From assembly GCA_913055885.1 (NCBI GenBank), contig CAJXLG010000001.1, positions 1 through 62,465 on the forward strand: DNA of 62,465 bases, written 5' to 3'. The position numbers and the translations under genes are program-made. Of this stretch, positions 53,234 to 62,465 are shown one piece after another; position 1 is the first letter of the stretch; each line of letters begins with the position of its first letter. A model generated the notes under the pieces. It worked only from the letters and a program-made list of their open reading frames with translations, made no database searches and was not told where the DNA came from. Source of the DNA: an uncultured Rhodospirillales bacterium. Lineage in GTDB: Bacteria > Pseudomonadota > Alphaproteobacteria > Rhodospirillales > CAJXLG01.

Positions 53234-53430
53234 CACGAAGGAGGCCTTTGCACCGGGCTTTTTTTCCTTGACCGGCGCGCCTTGCCGGCCCGTCCGTCAC
53301 TTTTCCGCCAAGACTTTGACATGCGGCGAAAATGGGCCGCCCTCCCCGCGGGGAGGGCGGCCCGGAATCGGTGCGACTCTGCGGCTATCCGCCAAAAGTC
53401 GTAGACGGCACCCGGCGGGCGCCGGCGGCG

Positions 53431-53694
53431 TCAGCCGAGCGCCTTGATGCGCTGGGACAGGCGCGACAGCTTGCGCCGCGCCTTGTTGCGGTGAATCGCG
53501 CCCTTGTTGACGCCGCGCATGATCTCGGGCTGGGCGTCACGGAAGGCGGCCCGGGCGCCTTCCTGGTCGCCCTGGCGGATCGCCTTCTCCACCTTCTTGA
53601 CGAAGGTGCGGATGCGACTCTTGCGCCGCTGGTTGATCTGGCGGCGGCGCTCGTTCTGGCGAACGCGTTTCTTAGCGGAAGGTGTATGCGCCAT
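53431..53694 (-). CDS. rpsT: 30S ribosomal protein S20
   Basis: [13 protein letters not shown]...[11 protein letters not shown]...[16 protein letters not shown]. Confidence 0.97.
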   Translation of the reverse strand: MAHTPSAKKRVRQNERRRQINQRRKSRIRTFVKKVEKAIRQGDQEGARAAFRDAQPEIMRGVNKGAIHRNKARRKLSRLSQRIKALG

Positions 53695-53799
53695 ATGGGA
53701 CCCCTTGCCTCGACCTTTGTGCTCCGCGGGTTGTTGCGCGCGCAAACGCTGTCGCCGGGCGCCGCGCGGGCGTCCGGCATGCATGCCTTGAAAGCGACG

Positions 53800-53828
53800 T
53801 GTATAGTCCCCGCCCGGGCGATCGTCAA
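53800..53828 (-). promoter_or_regulatory. Candidate rpsT sigma70 promoter
   Basis: Minus strand TTGACG-17 nt-TATACA. Confidence 0.65.
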
Positions 53829-54226
53829 GAATCGCCGTGCCGCCCCGGCGTCCCGGCCCCGGGATCGGCGGGCGTCACGGTGAAGCGCACGGTGAGGGTG
53901 GCTTCCTTGTGCTGGAAGGCCAGCCTGAGCACCTCGCCCTCGCGGCGGTAGCGGGCCCGGCCCGTGCGGCGCCAGCCAAGCTGAGGCAGGGTGTCGCGGT
54001 AGAAACGCCGCACCGCCTTGCGCGCCACGGCGCCCTCGCGGCGCTCCTCGGCATAGGCCTCCACGATGCGGCCCTGGGGGGTGTCGAAGAGCAGCCCGGC
54101 CCCCGTCACTTCCCGCAGGCCGGGGGCCAGGGGCACGTCGTCCAGCGTCGAGAGGAACGCCCGGTCGCCGGCGGCGGCCCCCGTTGTCAGCAGCCCCAGC
54201 GCGAGCGTCAGGAAGATGCGGCGCAT
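53825..54226 (-). CDS. Hypothetical exported protein
   Basis: Signal peptide [48 protein letters not shown]. Confidence 0.75.
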   Translation of the reverse strand: MRRIFLTLALGLLTTGAAAGDRAFLSTLDDVPLAPGLREVTGAGLLFDTPQGRIVEAYAEERREGAVARKAVRRFYRDTLPQLGWRRTGRARYRREGEVLRLAFQHKEATLTVRFTVTPADPGAGTPGRHGDS

Positions 54227-54239
54227 GAGTCCCCTTATA

Positions 54240-55076
54240 TCAACGCTGGCGGCGCGGACAATAGAAGGTGCTGCGCCCCGCCTGGCGAATCCGGCGCACG
54301 CCTTCGGAACAGCCGGGGCAGGCCGGGCACGGCGCGCCCGCCCGGCCGTAGACGGCGAAGGCGTGCTGGAACAGGCCCACCTCGCCGTCGGGCGTGGCGT
54401 GGTCGCGCAGGGAGCTGCCGCCGGCCGCCACGGCCTCCGTGAGCACGGCGTGCAGGGCCCCGGCCAGGCGCGTGGCGCGCCGGCCGGCGATGGTTCCGGC
54501 CCGCCGGCGGGGCGACAGGCCCGCCCGGTACAGGATCTCGCAGGCGTAGATGTTGCCCAGGCCGGCCACCACGCCCTGGTCCAGCAGCACGGGCTTGACG
54601 GGCCCGCGCCGGCCCGCCAGGCGGCGCGCCAGGGCGGGGCCGTCCACGCCGTCCCGGAGGGGGTCCGGGCCGAGTCCCTTGAGGGCGGCGTGCGCCGCCA
54701 GGGCATCCGGGGCGGCGAGGGCCATGTAGCCGAACCGGCGCGGGTCGCGGTAGGTGGCCACGGGGCCGTCGGCGGTGACCAGGGCGACGTGGTCGTGCGG
54801 CCCCGCGGGCGCCGGTTCGTCGGGGCCGGTGAGGACGAAGCGCCCCGCCATCCCCAGGTGCACCACCAGGACCGGGCCCGACGCCGGGCGCACCAGCAGC
54901 ACCTTGCCGCGGCGCTCCACGGCCGCCACGGTGGCGCCCGCCAGACGGTGGGCCAGGCCGTCGGGCAGGGGATGGCGCAGGGCGGGGCGGCGCACCAGGA
55001 TGCTTGTCAGGCGGCGGCCGCACAGGGCACGTTCCAGGCCGCGCCGGACGGTCTCCACCTCGGGCAGTTCGGGCAT
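54240..55076 (-). CDS. mutM: Formamidopyrimidine-DNA glycosylase
   Basis: MPELPEVET, RRGK, HLGMAG, DPRRFG, GLGNIY..E, C-terminal zinc finger. Confidence 0.96.
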   Translation of the reverse strand: MPELPEVETVRRGLERALCGRRLTSILVRRPALRHPLPDGLAHRLAGATVAAVERRGKVLLVRPASGPVLVVHLGMAGRFVLTGPDEPAPAGPHDHVALVTADGPVATYRDPRRFGYMALAAPDALAAHAALKGLGPDPLRDGVDGPALARRLAGRRGPVKPVLLDQGVVAGLGNIYACEILYRAGLSPRRRAGTIAGRRATRLAGALHAVLTEAVAAGGSSLRDHATPDGEVGLFQHAFAVYGRAGAPCPACPGCSEGVRRIRQAGRSTFYCPRRQR

Positions 55077-55142
55077 GACGGCGCTCCGAATCGATGCACG
55101 GCGACGGTAGCGTGACGGCCGCCTTACGGATAGGGTGTCCCC

Positions 55143-55889
55143 ATGACGGATGATGACCGCACCGCCCACTTCGGCGACCGCGTGGTGCCGGAAGCCGACA
55201 AATCCGGCCTGGTGCGCCAGGTGTTCGACAGCGTGGCGCAGCGCTACGACCTCATGAACGACCTCATGAGCGGCGGCGTCCACCGGCTTTGGAAGAACGC
55301 CCTCATGGACCACCTGGCGCCGCGGCCCGGCATGCATCTCCTGGACGTGGCGGGCGGCACGGGCGACATCGCCTTCCGCTACCGCGACCGCGGCGGCGGC
55401 CGGGTGACGGTGTGCGACGTCAACGAGGCCATGGTGGGCGTGGGCCGCGACCGCGCCCTGGACGCCGGGCGCGTCGAGGGCATCGCGTGGGCGTGCGGCG
55501 ACGCCGAGGCGCTCCCCGTCGCCAGTGGTTCCGTGGATGCCTACACCATCGCTTTCGGGCTGCGCAACGTCACCCGCATGGACGACGCCCTGCGGGAGGC
55601 GCGCCGGGTGCTGCGCCCCGGCGGGCGCTTCCTGTGCCTGGAATTCAGCCACGTGGTGCTGCCGCTCCTGGACCGGCTGTACGACCGCTACGCCGAGGCC
55701 GTCCTGCCGCGCCTGGGTCGGTGGGTGGCCGGCGACGCCGAGGCCTACCGCTACCTGGTGGAGAGCATCCGGCGCTTCCCCGAGCAGGAGACGCTGGCGC
55801 GCCACATGGCGCGGGCGGGGCTGGACCGCCCGACCTGGCGCAATCTCACGGGCGGCATTGCCGCCATCCACACCGCCTGGCGCCTGTAG
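55143..55889 (+). CDS. ubiE: Ubiquinone/menaquinone C-methyltransferase
   Basis: YDLMNDLMSGG.HRLWK, LDVAGGTGD, FGLRNV, YLVESIRRFP. Confidence 0.95.
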   Translation: MTDDDRTAHFGDRVVPEADKSGLVRQVFDSVAQRYDLMNDLMSGGVHRLWKNALMDHLAPRPGMHLLDVAGGTGDIAFRYRDRGGGRVTVCDVNEAMVGVGRDRALDAGRVEGIAWACGDAEALPVASGSVDAYTIAFGLRNVTRMDDALREARRVLRPGGRFLCLEFSHVVLPLLDRLYDRYAEAVLPRLGRWVAGDAEAYRYLVESIRRFPEQETLARHMARAGLDRPTWRNLTGGIAAIHTAWRL

Positions 55890-55895
55890 GTCCCC

Positions 55896-57425
55896 ATGAT
55901 CCGAGCCGCCCGGAACCTGGCCCGGCTGTTCACCATCGCCCGGACGCTGGCCCGGTACGACGCCCTTTTCCTCATGGAAAAGCTGCCGGTGGCGCGCAAC
56001 GCGGCCTTCCTGGCGCGGCTGGTGTCGCGGCGCAACGTGCCGGGCCGGCCGGGCGAGCGCCTGGCCGACGCCCTGGAGGCCCTGGGGCCCTCGTTCATCA
56101 AGCTGGGCCAGGCGCTCTCCATCCGCCCCGACCTCGTGGGCGACGACGTGGCGGACGACCTCACCGGGCTGCAGGACCGCCTGCCGCCCTTTTCCAGCAG
56201 CGAGGCCCGGCGCATCATCGCCGACGAGATGGAAAAGCCGGTCGAGGCCCTGTACGACGCCTTCGACGATCAACCGGTGGCCGCCGCCTCCATCGCCCAG
56301 GTGCACTACGCCGTCACCACGGCGGGCCATCCCGTGGCGGTGAAGGTGCTGCGCCCCAACGCCGAATCGGCCATCCACCGCGACCTGGACCTGATGTACT
56401 GGGTGGCCGGGCTCATCGAGCACTTCGCCCCGGCCTTCCGCCGCCTCAAGCCCGTGGAGACGGTGCGCACCTTCGAGCGCTCCGTGACCATGGAGATGGA
56501 TCTGCGCTTCGAGGCGGCGGCGGCCCAGGAGATGCAGGAAAACTTCCTGGAAAACCCCGAGTTCCGCGTGCCCGACGTGGACTGGCAGCGCACCAGCCAG
56601 CGCGTGCTCACCACGGAACGCATCAGCGGCATCCCCATCGACGAGGCGGAACAGCTCAGGGAGGCCGGCCACGACCCGCAGGTGGTGGTGCGCAACGCGG
56701 CCGCCGTCTTTTTTGCCATGGTCTTCCGCGACGGCTTCTTCCACGCCGACATGCACCCGGGGAACCTCTTCGTCGGCCCGGACGGCACGCTGCTGGCCGT
56801 GGACTTCGGCATCATGGGCCGCCTGGACAGCCGCACCCGGCACTACCTGGCGGACATGCTCATCGGCTTCCTGCAGCGCGACTACCGCCGGGTGGCGGAA
56901 GTGCACTTCAAGGCCGGCTTCGTTCCCGCCGACCGCTCGGTGGACGCCTTCACCCAGGCGTGCCGCTCCATCGCCGAGCCCGTCCTGGGCAAACCCCTGG
57001 CCGAGATTTCCATTGCCCGGCTGCTGGGGCACCTGTTCCACGTCACCGAGACCTTCGGCATGGAGGTGCAGCCCCACCTCCTGCTGTTGCAGAAGAGCAT
57101 GCTGCTCACGGAGGGCGTGGGACGCCGCCTGGACCCGAACGTCAACATGTGGGAGCTGGCGCGCCCCCTGATCGAGGACTGGATCGCCCACAACATGGGG
57201 CCCATGGCGCGCATGCGCGAGACCGCTTCCGAGACGCGCGACAGCCTGGAGCGCCTGCCGCGCCTGGCGGCCAAGCTGGAGGACACCACGGACCGCCTGA
57301 ATCAGGGCGTGCCCCTGCACCCCGATTCCGTGCGCGCCCTCACCCACCGGCGCACGCCCATGACGGTAAAGCTGCTGTGGGCGGCGGTGGCGGTCCTGGC
57401 CGTGCTGGTGGCCTTCGAGGTGTAG
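55896..57425 (+). CDS. ubiB: Ubiquinone biosynthesis kinase-like protein UbiB
   Basis: LGPSFIKLGQ, AAASIAQV, VAVKV.RP, FFHADMHPGN, DFGIMG. Confidence 0.95.
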   Translation: MIRAARNLARLFTIARTLARYDALFLMEKLPVARNAAFLARLVSRRNVPGRPGERLADALEALGPSFIKLGQALSIRPDLVGDDVADDLTGLQDRLPPFSSSEARRIIADEMEKPVEALYDAFDDQPVAAASIAQVHYAVTTAGHPVAVKVLRPNAESAIHRDLDLMYWVAGLIEHFAPAFRRLKPVETVRTFERSVTMEMDLRFEAAAAQEMQENFLENPEFRVPDVDWQRTSQRVLTTERISGIPIDEAEQLREAGHDPQVVVRNAAAVFFAMVFRDGFFHADMHPGNLFVGPDGTLLAVDFGIMGRLDSRTRHYLADMLIGFLQRDYRRVAEVHFKAGFVPADRSVDAFTQACRSIAEPVLGKPLAEISIARLLGHLFHVTETFGMEVQPHLLLLQKSMLLTEGVGRRLDPNVNMWELARPLIEDWIAHNMGPMARMRETASETRDSLERLPRLAAKLEDTTDRLNQGVPLHPDSVRALTHRRTPMTVKLLWAAVAVLAVLVAFEV

Positions 57426-57429
57426 GGGG

Positions 57430-57552
57430 TTACTCGCCGTTTTTGCGCCGCCGCTCCGCCTGATGGGCCCGGTGGTTCAGTTCCGCCAGGACGCCGCCCG
57501 CCAGGATCAGGGCGCCGATGCAGCCCAAAAGTACATAGGCCGTTGTGTTCAT
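57430..57552 (-). CDS. 40-aa single-TM small protein
   Basis: MNTTAYVLLGCIGALILAGGVLAELNHRAHQAERRRKNGE; GGAGGAGG RBS; ATG overlaps the upstream TGA. Confidence 0.65.
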   Translation of the reverse strand: MNTTAYVLLGCIGALILAGGVLAELNHRAHQAERRRKNGE

Positions 57553-57752
57553 ATGGCCTCCTCCACATCGCTCAAAAGACGCAGGGCGAACAGTTCCGCC
57601 AGGCCGTAAAAGGCTATCGACAAAATGGCCGTCCACCATTCGCCCGTCTGAAACGCCCCGTACCCGTACGCCGCGAGCTGTCCAAGGCCCAGGGCCCTGA
57701 GGGAATTGGCCGCATGTTGGGCCTGTACGGTATTGAGCCGAAACCAAGCCAC
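57549..57752 (-). CDS. 67-aa small membrane protein
   Basis: GGAGG-8 nt-GTG; (M)AWFRLNTVQAQHAANSLRALGLGQLAAYGYGAFQTGEWWTAILSIAFYGLAELFALRLLSDVEEAI. Confidence 0.65.
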   Translation of the reverse strand: MAWFRLNTVQAQHAANSLRALGLGQLAAYGYGAFQTGEWWTAILSIAFYGLAELFALRLLSDVEEAI

Positions 57753-57798
57753 GCCAACAGCCTCCACGACACGGCTGCGTCCTTCCTGGATAGGGATA

Positions 57799-57827
57799 AT
57801 CCTGGCCCGCCTCCGGGAAGGCGTCAA
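57799..57827 (-). promoter_or_regulatory. Candidate promoter of the two small ORFs
   Basis: Minus strand TTGACG-17 nt-CAGGAT. Confidence 0.45.
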
Positions 57828-57897
57828 GGCGGACCAACGGCCGTCGCCGACGGGATGCAGCAAAAACAACAAAATTCCTATGTACAAAATATTTATC

Positions 57898-57926
57898 TTG
57901 ACCATGTCACCCGGAAATAATATCGT
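57898..57926 (+). promoter_or_regulatory. Candidate coaBC promoter with AT-rich upstream tract
   Basis: TTGACC-17 nt-TATCGT, preceded by A/T-rich 57861-57897. Confidence 0.6.
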
Positions 57927-57964
57927 TCAACACCAATAGCGCTGCCTTTCCGGAGGACAACGCC

Positions 57965-59167
57965 GTGCTCACCGGGCGCCGCATCCTGCTCATCGTCACC
58001 GGCGGCGTGGCCGCCTACAAGGCGCCCGTCCTGATCCGGCGGCTGCGCGACAAAGGGGCGGCCGTCACGCCCGTCCTCACCGAGGGCGGCGCGCGCTTCA
58101 TCCCCCCCCTTCCCCTGGCCGCCGTGGCGGGCGAGCCGGTGCGTCAGGCCCTGTTCGACGCCGAGGCGGAAAGCGCCATGTCCCACATCGACCTGGCGCG
58201 CGCCGCCGACGCCGTGGTGGTGGCGCCCGCCAGCGCCGACATGCTCGCCCGCATGGCGCACGGCCTGGCCGACGACCTCGCCACCACGCTGCTCCTGGCC
58301 ACCGATGCCCCGGTCCTCGTCGCGCCCGCCATGAACGCCGGCATGTGGGCCCATTCCGCCATGCAGGCCAACATGGCCACACTCGAAGCGCGTGGCGTTC
58401 ATCGCGCGGGGCCGGCCGAGGGCGACCTGGCCTGCGGCGAGACGGGCCCCGGCCGCATGGAAGCGCCGGAAACCATCCTTTCCGCCGTCGAGGGGCTTTT
58501 CGCCGCCGGCCCGCTGGCCGGGCGCACCGCCCTGGTCACCAGCGGTCCCACGCAGGAGCCCGTGGACGGCGTGCGCTACCTGGGCAACCGCTCGTCGGGC
58601 CGCCAGGGCCATGCCATCGCCGCCGCCCTGGCCCGGCTGGGGGCCACCGTGCATCTGGTGCGCGGGCCGGTCGCCATCCCCGACCCGCCCGGCGTGCGCG
58701 TCACCCCCGTCACCACGGCCGACGAAATGCACGCCGCCTGCCTGGGGGGATTGCCGGTGGATGTGGCCGTGTGCGCCGCCGCCGTGGCCGACTGGCGCGT
58801 CGCCGACGCGGACGACGGCAAGCTCAAGAAGGGCGCGGGCCGGGCGCCGCCCGCCCTGCGCCTGGAAGAGACCCCGGACGTCCTGTCCGCCCTGGCCGCC
58901 GCCGGCCCGCACCGCCCGCGTCTGGTGGTGGGCTTCGCCGCGGAGACGGAGTCGGTGGTGGACAACGCCGTGGCCAAGCGTGCCCGCAAGGGGGCCGACT
59001 GGCTGCTGGCCAACGACGTTTCCGCCGGCACGGAGACCTTCGGCGGCGCCGCCAACACGGTCCACCTCGTCACGGCCGACGGCACGGAAGCCTGGCCGCG
59101 CGATGCCAAGACGGCCGTGGCCGACACCCTCGCCCACCGCATCGCCAGCGCCCTGGAGGCACCATGA
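57965..59167 (+). CDS. coaBC: Phosphopantothenoylcysteine decarboxylase / synthetase
   Basis: GGVAAYK, HIDL, APAMN..MW, LACGE.G.GRM, GPTQE.VD.VRY..N.SSG, VGFAAET. Confidence 0.96.
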   Translation: MLTGRRILLIVTGGVAAYKAPVLIRRLRDKGAAVTPVLTEGGARFIPPLPLAAVAGEPVRQALFDAEAESAMSHIDLARAADAVVVAPASADMLARMAHGLADDLATTLLLATDAPVLVAPAMNAGMWAHSAMQANMATLEARGVHRAGPAEGDLACGETGPGRMEAPETILSAVEGLFAAGPLAGRTALVTSGPTQEPVDGVRYLGNRSSGRQGHAIAAALARLGATVHLVRGPVAIPDPPGVRVTPVTTADEMHAACLGGLPVDVAVCAAAVADWRVADADDGKLKKGAGRAPPALRLEETPDVLSALAAAGPHRPRLVVGFAAETESVVDNAVAKRARKGADWLLANDVSAGTETFGGAANTVHLVTADGTEAWPRDAKTAVADTLAHRIASALEAP

Positions 59168-59613
59168 CCGACGACGCCACCGTGCCCGTGGTCCGGCTGG
59201 ACCACGCCAAGGACCTGCCCCTGCCCGTCTACGCCACGCCGTCGAGCGCCGGCATGGACCTCATGGCGGCCATCAACGAGCCCCTGGCGCTTGAGCCCGG
59301 CGGCCGCGCCCTGCTGCCCACGGGCATCGCCGTGGCCCTGCCGCCCGGGCTGGAGGCGCAGGTGCGGCCGCGCTCCGGGCTCGCCACCCGCCACGGCATC
59401 ACCGTCCTCAACGCGCCGGGCACCATCGACGGCGACTATCGCGGCGAGATCGGCGTGGTCCTGTTCCATGCCGGCGGCGAGACGGTGACCTTCAACCGGG
59501 GCGACCGCGTGGCCCAGCTCGTGGTGGCGCCGGTGACCCGCATCGCGTGGGACGAACACGCCGAGCTGCCGCAGACGGTGCGCGGCGCCGGCGGATTCGG
59601 CTCCACCGGGTAG
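59164..59613 (+). CDS. dut: dUTP diphosphatase
   Basis: [37 protein letters not shown]. Confidence 0.97.
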   Translation: MTDDATVPVVRLDHAKDLPLPVYATPSSAGMDLMAAINEPLALEPGGRALLPTGIAVALPPGLEAQVRPRSGLATRHGITVLNAPGTIDGDYRGEIGVVLFHAGGETVTFNRGDRVAQLVVAPVTRIAWDEHAELPQTVRGAGGFGSTG

Positions 59614-59619
59614 GCCGCC

Positions 59620-60075
59620 ATGCTCGTGCCGTCCCGCAAGCTGCTCTTCGCCATCGAGGCGGTCCTGGACATCGCCTACCACGCCGGCGGCGAGCCGGTG
59701 CAGAGCCGCGAGATCACGCGGCGCCAGGCCATTCCCGGCCGCTATCTGGAGCAGACGCTCCAGCACCTGGTGCGCAGCGGCCTGCTCGTCGGGGTGCGCG
59801 GGCCGCGCGGCGGCTACCGCCTTGCCCGCGAGCGCCGGCGCATCACGGTGGGCGACGTGGTGCGCGTGGTGCAGAGCACCGAGCGCGCCGAGGAAGGCCT
59901 GGAGGAGCTGCCCGGGTCCGCCCTGGGGCACCGCGTGGTGCGGCCCTTGTGGCGCGACCTGCACCAGGAGGTCATGGATCGCCTGGATTCCGTCACCATC
60001 GAGGACCTGTGCCACCGCGCCCGCAACGAGGGGATCGAGAGCGAGACCCAGGGCGCCGGGGACTTCATCATTTGA
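59620..60075 (+). CDS. Rrf2 family transcriptional regulator (CymR-like, no Fe-S Cys triad)
   Basis: RYLEQ.LQ.L...[13 protein letters not shown]; single Cys; directly upstream of cysK. Confidence 0.9.
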   Translation: MLVPSRKLLFAIEAVLDIAYHAGGEPVQSREITRRQAIPGRYLEQTLQHLVRSGLLVGVRGPRGGYRLARERRRITVGDVVRVVQSTERAEEGLEELPGSALGHRVVRPLWRDLHQEVMDRLDSVTIEDLCHRARNEGIESETQGAGDFII

Positions 60076-60104
60076 CGCCCATGCCCAGCCGAAAGGAGGC
60101 CGCC

Positions 60105-61067
60105 ATGGCCGCCGGTGACAGCGCCACCTTCCGCAACACCACCTACGACAGCATCACCCAGACCGTGGGGGCCACGCCCCTCGTGCGCCTGCCGCGCCTG
60201 GCCGAGGCGGCGGGCATCGAGGCCACCCTCCTCGGCAAGTGCGAGTTCTTCAATCCCCTGGCCTCGGTGAAGGACCGCATCGGCCACGCCATGATCGCCG
60301 ACGCCGAGGAAAAGGGCCACATCGGCCCGGGCACCACCCTGGTGGAGCCCACGTCGGGCAACACGGGCATCGCCCTGGCCTTCGTCTGCGCCGCGCGCGG
60401 CTATCGCCTCATCCTCACCATGCCGGAGAGCATGTCCCTGGAGCGGCGCAAGATGCTCACCTTCCTGGGCGCCGAGCTGGAGCTGACGCCGCCCGACAAG
60501 GGCATGAAGGGGGCCGTCGCCCGGGCCGAGGCGCTGGTCCAGGAGCTGCCCGACGCCTACATGCCGCAGCAGTTCAAGAACCCCGCCAACCCCGAGATCC
60601 ACGCCCGCACCACGGCGCAGGAGCTGTGGGCCGACACGGGCGGCGAGCTGGATTGCGTGGTGTCGGGCATCGGCACCGGCGGCACCATCACGGGCATCGG
60701 GCGCGCCCTACGCCCGCGCCGGCCCGGCCTGCGCCTGGTGGGCCTGGAGCCGGAGGATTCCGCCGTCCTGTCGGGCGGCAACCCGGGGCCGCACAAGATC
60801 CAGGGCATCGGCGCCGGGTTCGTCCCCGACACCCTGGACCGGGACCAGGTGGACGAGGTGCTTCAGGTGGGCAACGAGACCGCCTTCGCCACGGCCCGCC
60901 GGGCGGCACGCCTGGAAGGCCTGCCCGTGGGCATCTCCTCCGGGGCGGCCATCGCCGCCGCCCAGGAGGTGGGCGCCCGCCCCGACATGAAGGGGAAGAC
61001 CATCGTGGTCATCCTGCCCTCCTTCGCCGAGCGCTACCTTTCCACCCCGTTGTTCGACACGGAGTAG
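60105..61067 (+). CDS. cysK: Cysteine synthase A
   Basis: [40 protein letters not shown]. Confidence 0.96.
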   Translation: MAAGDSATFRNTTYDSITQTVGATPLVRLPRLAEAAGIEATLLGKCEFFNPLASVKDRIGHAMIADAEEKGHIGPGTTLVEPTSGNTGIALAFVCAARGYRLILTMPESMSLERRKMLTFLGAELELTPPDKGMKGAVARAEALVQELPDAYMPQQFKNPANPEIHARTTAQELWADTGGELDCVVSGIGTGGTITGIGRALRPRRPGLRLVGLEPEDSAVLSGGNPGPHKIQGIGAGFVPDTLDRDQVDEVLQVGNETAFATARRAARLEGLPVGISSGAAIAAAQEVGARPDMKGKTIVVILPSFAERYLSTPLFDTE

Positions 61068-61071
61068 GCCC

Positions 61072-61866
61072 GTGGACTTCAGCGAAGCCGAGATCCAGCG
61101 CTATTCCCGCCACATCCTTCTGCCCGAGGTGGGCGCCGAGGGCCAGGACCGCCTGCGGCGGTCCAGCGTCCTGGTGGTGGGGGCCGGCGGCCTGGGGTCG
61201 CCGGTGCTCCTCTACCTGGCCGCCGCCGGCGTGGGCACCGTGGGCGTGGTGGACGGCGACACCCTGGAGCTTACCAACCTGCAGCGCCAGATCGCCCACC
61301 GCACGGACGCCGTGGGCCGCAACAAGGCGGAGAGTGCCGCCGACAACGCCCGCGCCCTGAATCCGGAGATCACCGTCCGCCCCCACCCGGAACGCCTCAC
61401 CGCCGCCAACGCCCGGACGCTCCTGGGGGCCTACGACCTGGTGGCCGACGGCTGCGACAATTTCGCCACCCGCTTCCTGGTGAACGACGCCTGCTGGTTC
61501 ACGGGCACGCCCCTGGTCTCCGCCGCCGTGGTGCGGTTCGACGGCCAGCTCGCCACCTTCCGCCCCGACGGCCGCGAGCGGCCGTGCTACCGCTGCCTGT
61601 ACCCGGCGCCGCCGCCCGCCGGCCAGGTGCCGTCGTGCGCCGAGGCCGGCATCCTGGGGGCCCTCGCCGGGGTCATGGGCACCCTCCAGGCCACCGAGGT
61701 CCTCAAGGAGCTTCTCAATACAGGCGACAGCATGGCCGGGCGTCTGTTAATCTACGATGGCCTGGGCACGGCCTTCCGCACCCTGAAGCTGCCGCGCGAC
61801 CCGGGCTGCCCGCTTTGCGGCGACACCCCAACGTATACGGACCTCGGCCATCATGACCACGGATGA
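61072..61866 (+). CDS. moeB: MoeB/ThiF family adenylyltransferase
   Basis: RYSRH, GAGGLG, NLQRQ, DNF.TR, CYRC, SCAEAG, CPLC. Confidence 0.88.
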   Translation: MDFSEAEIQRYSRHILLPEVGAEGQDRLRRSSVLVVGAGGLGSPVLLYLAAAGVGTVGVVDGDTLELTNLQRQIAHRTDAVGRNKAESAADNARALNPEITVRPHPERLTAANARTLLGAYDLVADGCDNFATRFLVNDACWFTGTPLVSAAVVRFDGQLATFRPDGRERPCYRCLYPAPPPAGQVPSCAEAGILGALAGVMGTLQATEVLKELLNTGDSMAGRLLIYDGLGTAFRTLKLPRDPGCPLCGDTPTYTDLGHHDHG

Positions 61867-62302
61867 TCCGCAAGCCTCCCCCGACCGCCTGAACCTGATC
61901 GTCTTCTCCGGCACCTATGAGCGGGTGCACTACGCCCTGGTGTTGGCGTCCGGGGCCCAGGCCAGCGAGCGGCCCGCCACCCTTTTCTTCACCATGGGCG
62001 CCGCGCGGGCCCTGGTGGCCGATGCCGGTGACGGCCGCCCCGGATGGCATGCCCTGCCCACGGAGGACGGCCGCCCCGCCGCCGTCCTCGATGCCCGCTT
62101 CGCCCAGCGCGGCGTCGCCGGTTTCGAGGACCTCCTGGCCGGCTGCCTGAGCCTGGGCGTCACCACCATGGTGTGCGAAATGGGCCTCCAGGCCCTGAAC
62201 ATCGCTCCCGAAAGCCTGCGCGGTGATATTCCCCTGAAGGCCGGCGGCGTGATCACGTTCCTGAATGACGCCTCGCGCCACGGCGGCATGATGTTCCTGT
62301 AA
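61853..62302 (+). CDS. DsrE/DsrF-like family protein
   Basis: LIVFSG..ERVHYAL.LA, LFFT, VCEMG, GGV..FL; overlaps moeB. Confidence 0.75.
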   Translation: MTTDDPQASPDRLNLIVFSGTYERVHYALVLASGAQASERPATLFFTMGAARALVADAGDGRPGWHALPTEDGRPAAVLDARFAQRGVAGFEDLLAGCLSLGVTTMVCEMGLQALNIAPESLRGDIPLKAGGVITFLNDASRHGGMMFL

Positions 62303-62386
62303 GGACGCGGGGCCACGCGCCGCTTGGGCGGCGCCGGCCCGGTGGCCTACACTGGGGGAAGCGAGCCCGACCGAGGGGGGAACGTC

Positions 62387-62465
62387 ATGCGCCGCGTCGT
62401 CCTTTCGCTGGCGGGCCTGCTGTTGCTGCCGGCGGCGGCAGTGGCCGGCTATCAGCAGGGCCTCC
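62387..62465 (+). CDS. 5' fragment of a probable exported protein (runs off the window)
   Basis: GAGGGGGG RBS; MRRVVLSLAGLLLLPAAAVAGYQQGL is signal-peptide-like. Confidence 0.5.
   Translation, partial: MRRVVLSLAGLLLLPAAAVAGYQQGL

Noticed and set aside
51314..53430. oriC beside dnaA
   Set aside because: No clustered TTATCCACA-like boxes seen in either spacer; alphaproteobacterial origins are often unlinked from dnaA
55077..57347. Apparent giant fusion upstream of MutM
   Set aside because: Antisense to ubiE/ubiB; MutM needs its N-terminal Pro (MPELPEV) at 55076
57753..57905. 118-aa long version of the small membrane ORF
   Set aside because: The extension runs through promoter-like DNA and lacks an RBS; GTG 57752 has a well-spaced GGAGG

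Overview
A very GC-rich, gene-dense core-chromosome segment of an alphaproteobacterium; gene order and protein families suggest Rhodospirillales (inference). From left to right it holds hisF(partial)-hisE-HIT, a TSUP transporter, modABC behind tandem ModE-type boxes, DUF3422, a PAS-GGDEF-EAL protein, a complete system I cytochrome c maturation set (ccmCDEFGHI plus divergent ccmAB), an isolated lptG, a PduO-type adenosyltransferase and tRNA-Ser(CGA). It continues with an MgtC/DUF4010 gene, a J-domain protein, a mixed phosphatase-hldE-ldh-yjbQ-cbbY run, two degenerate EAL paralogues with an ABC-2 exporter, late cobalamin genes, an SCO/YcgN/DapA/M48/MFS run, a repeat-rich DUF1640 coiled coil and PBP1A. 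It ends with rpsT-dnaA-dnaN-recF-gyrB, mutM, ubiE-ubiB and coaBC-dut-Rrf2-cysK-moeB-DsrE. I see no integrase, transposase, prophage or CRISPR array. Best second-look items: a frameshifted recF inside the replication operon; a two-gene small-membrane-protein cassette with its own promoter between ubiB and coaBC; the tandem degenerate EAL + ABC module; a putative RHH/coiled-coil/J-domain fusion; a rearranged MutM zinc finger; and structured intergenic elements (CGTC-type REPs, a G4/hairpin, a candidate sRNA or sORF after the tRNA). All family calls come from motif recognition by eye; no searches were run.
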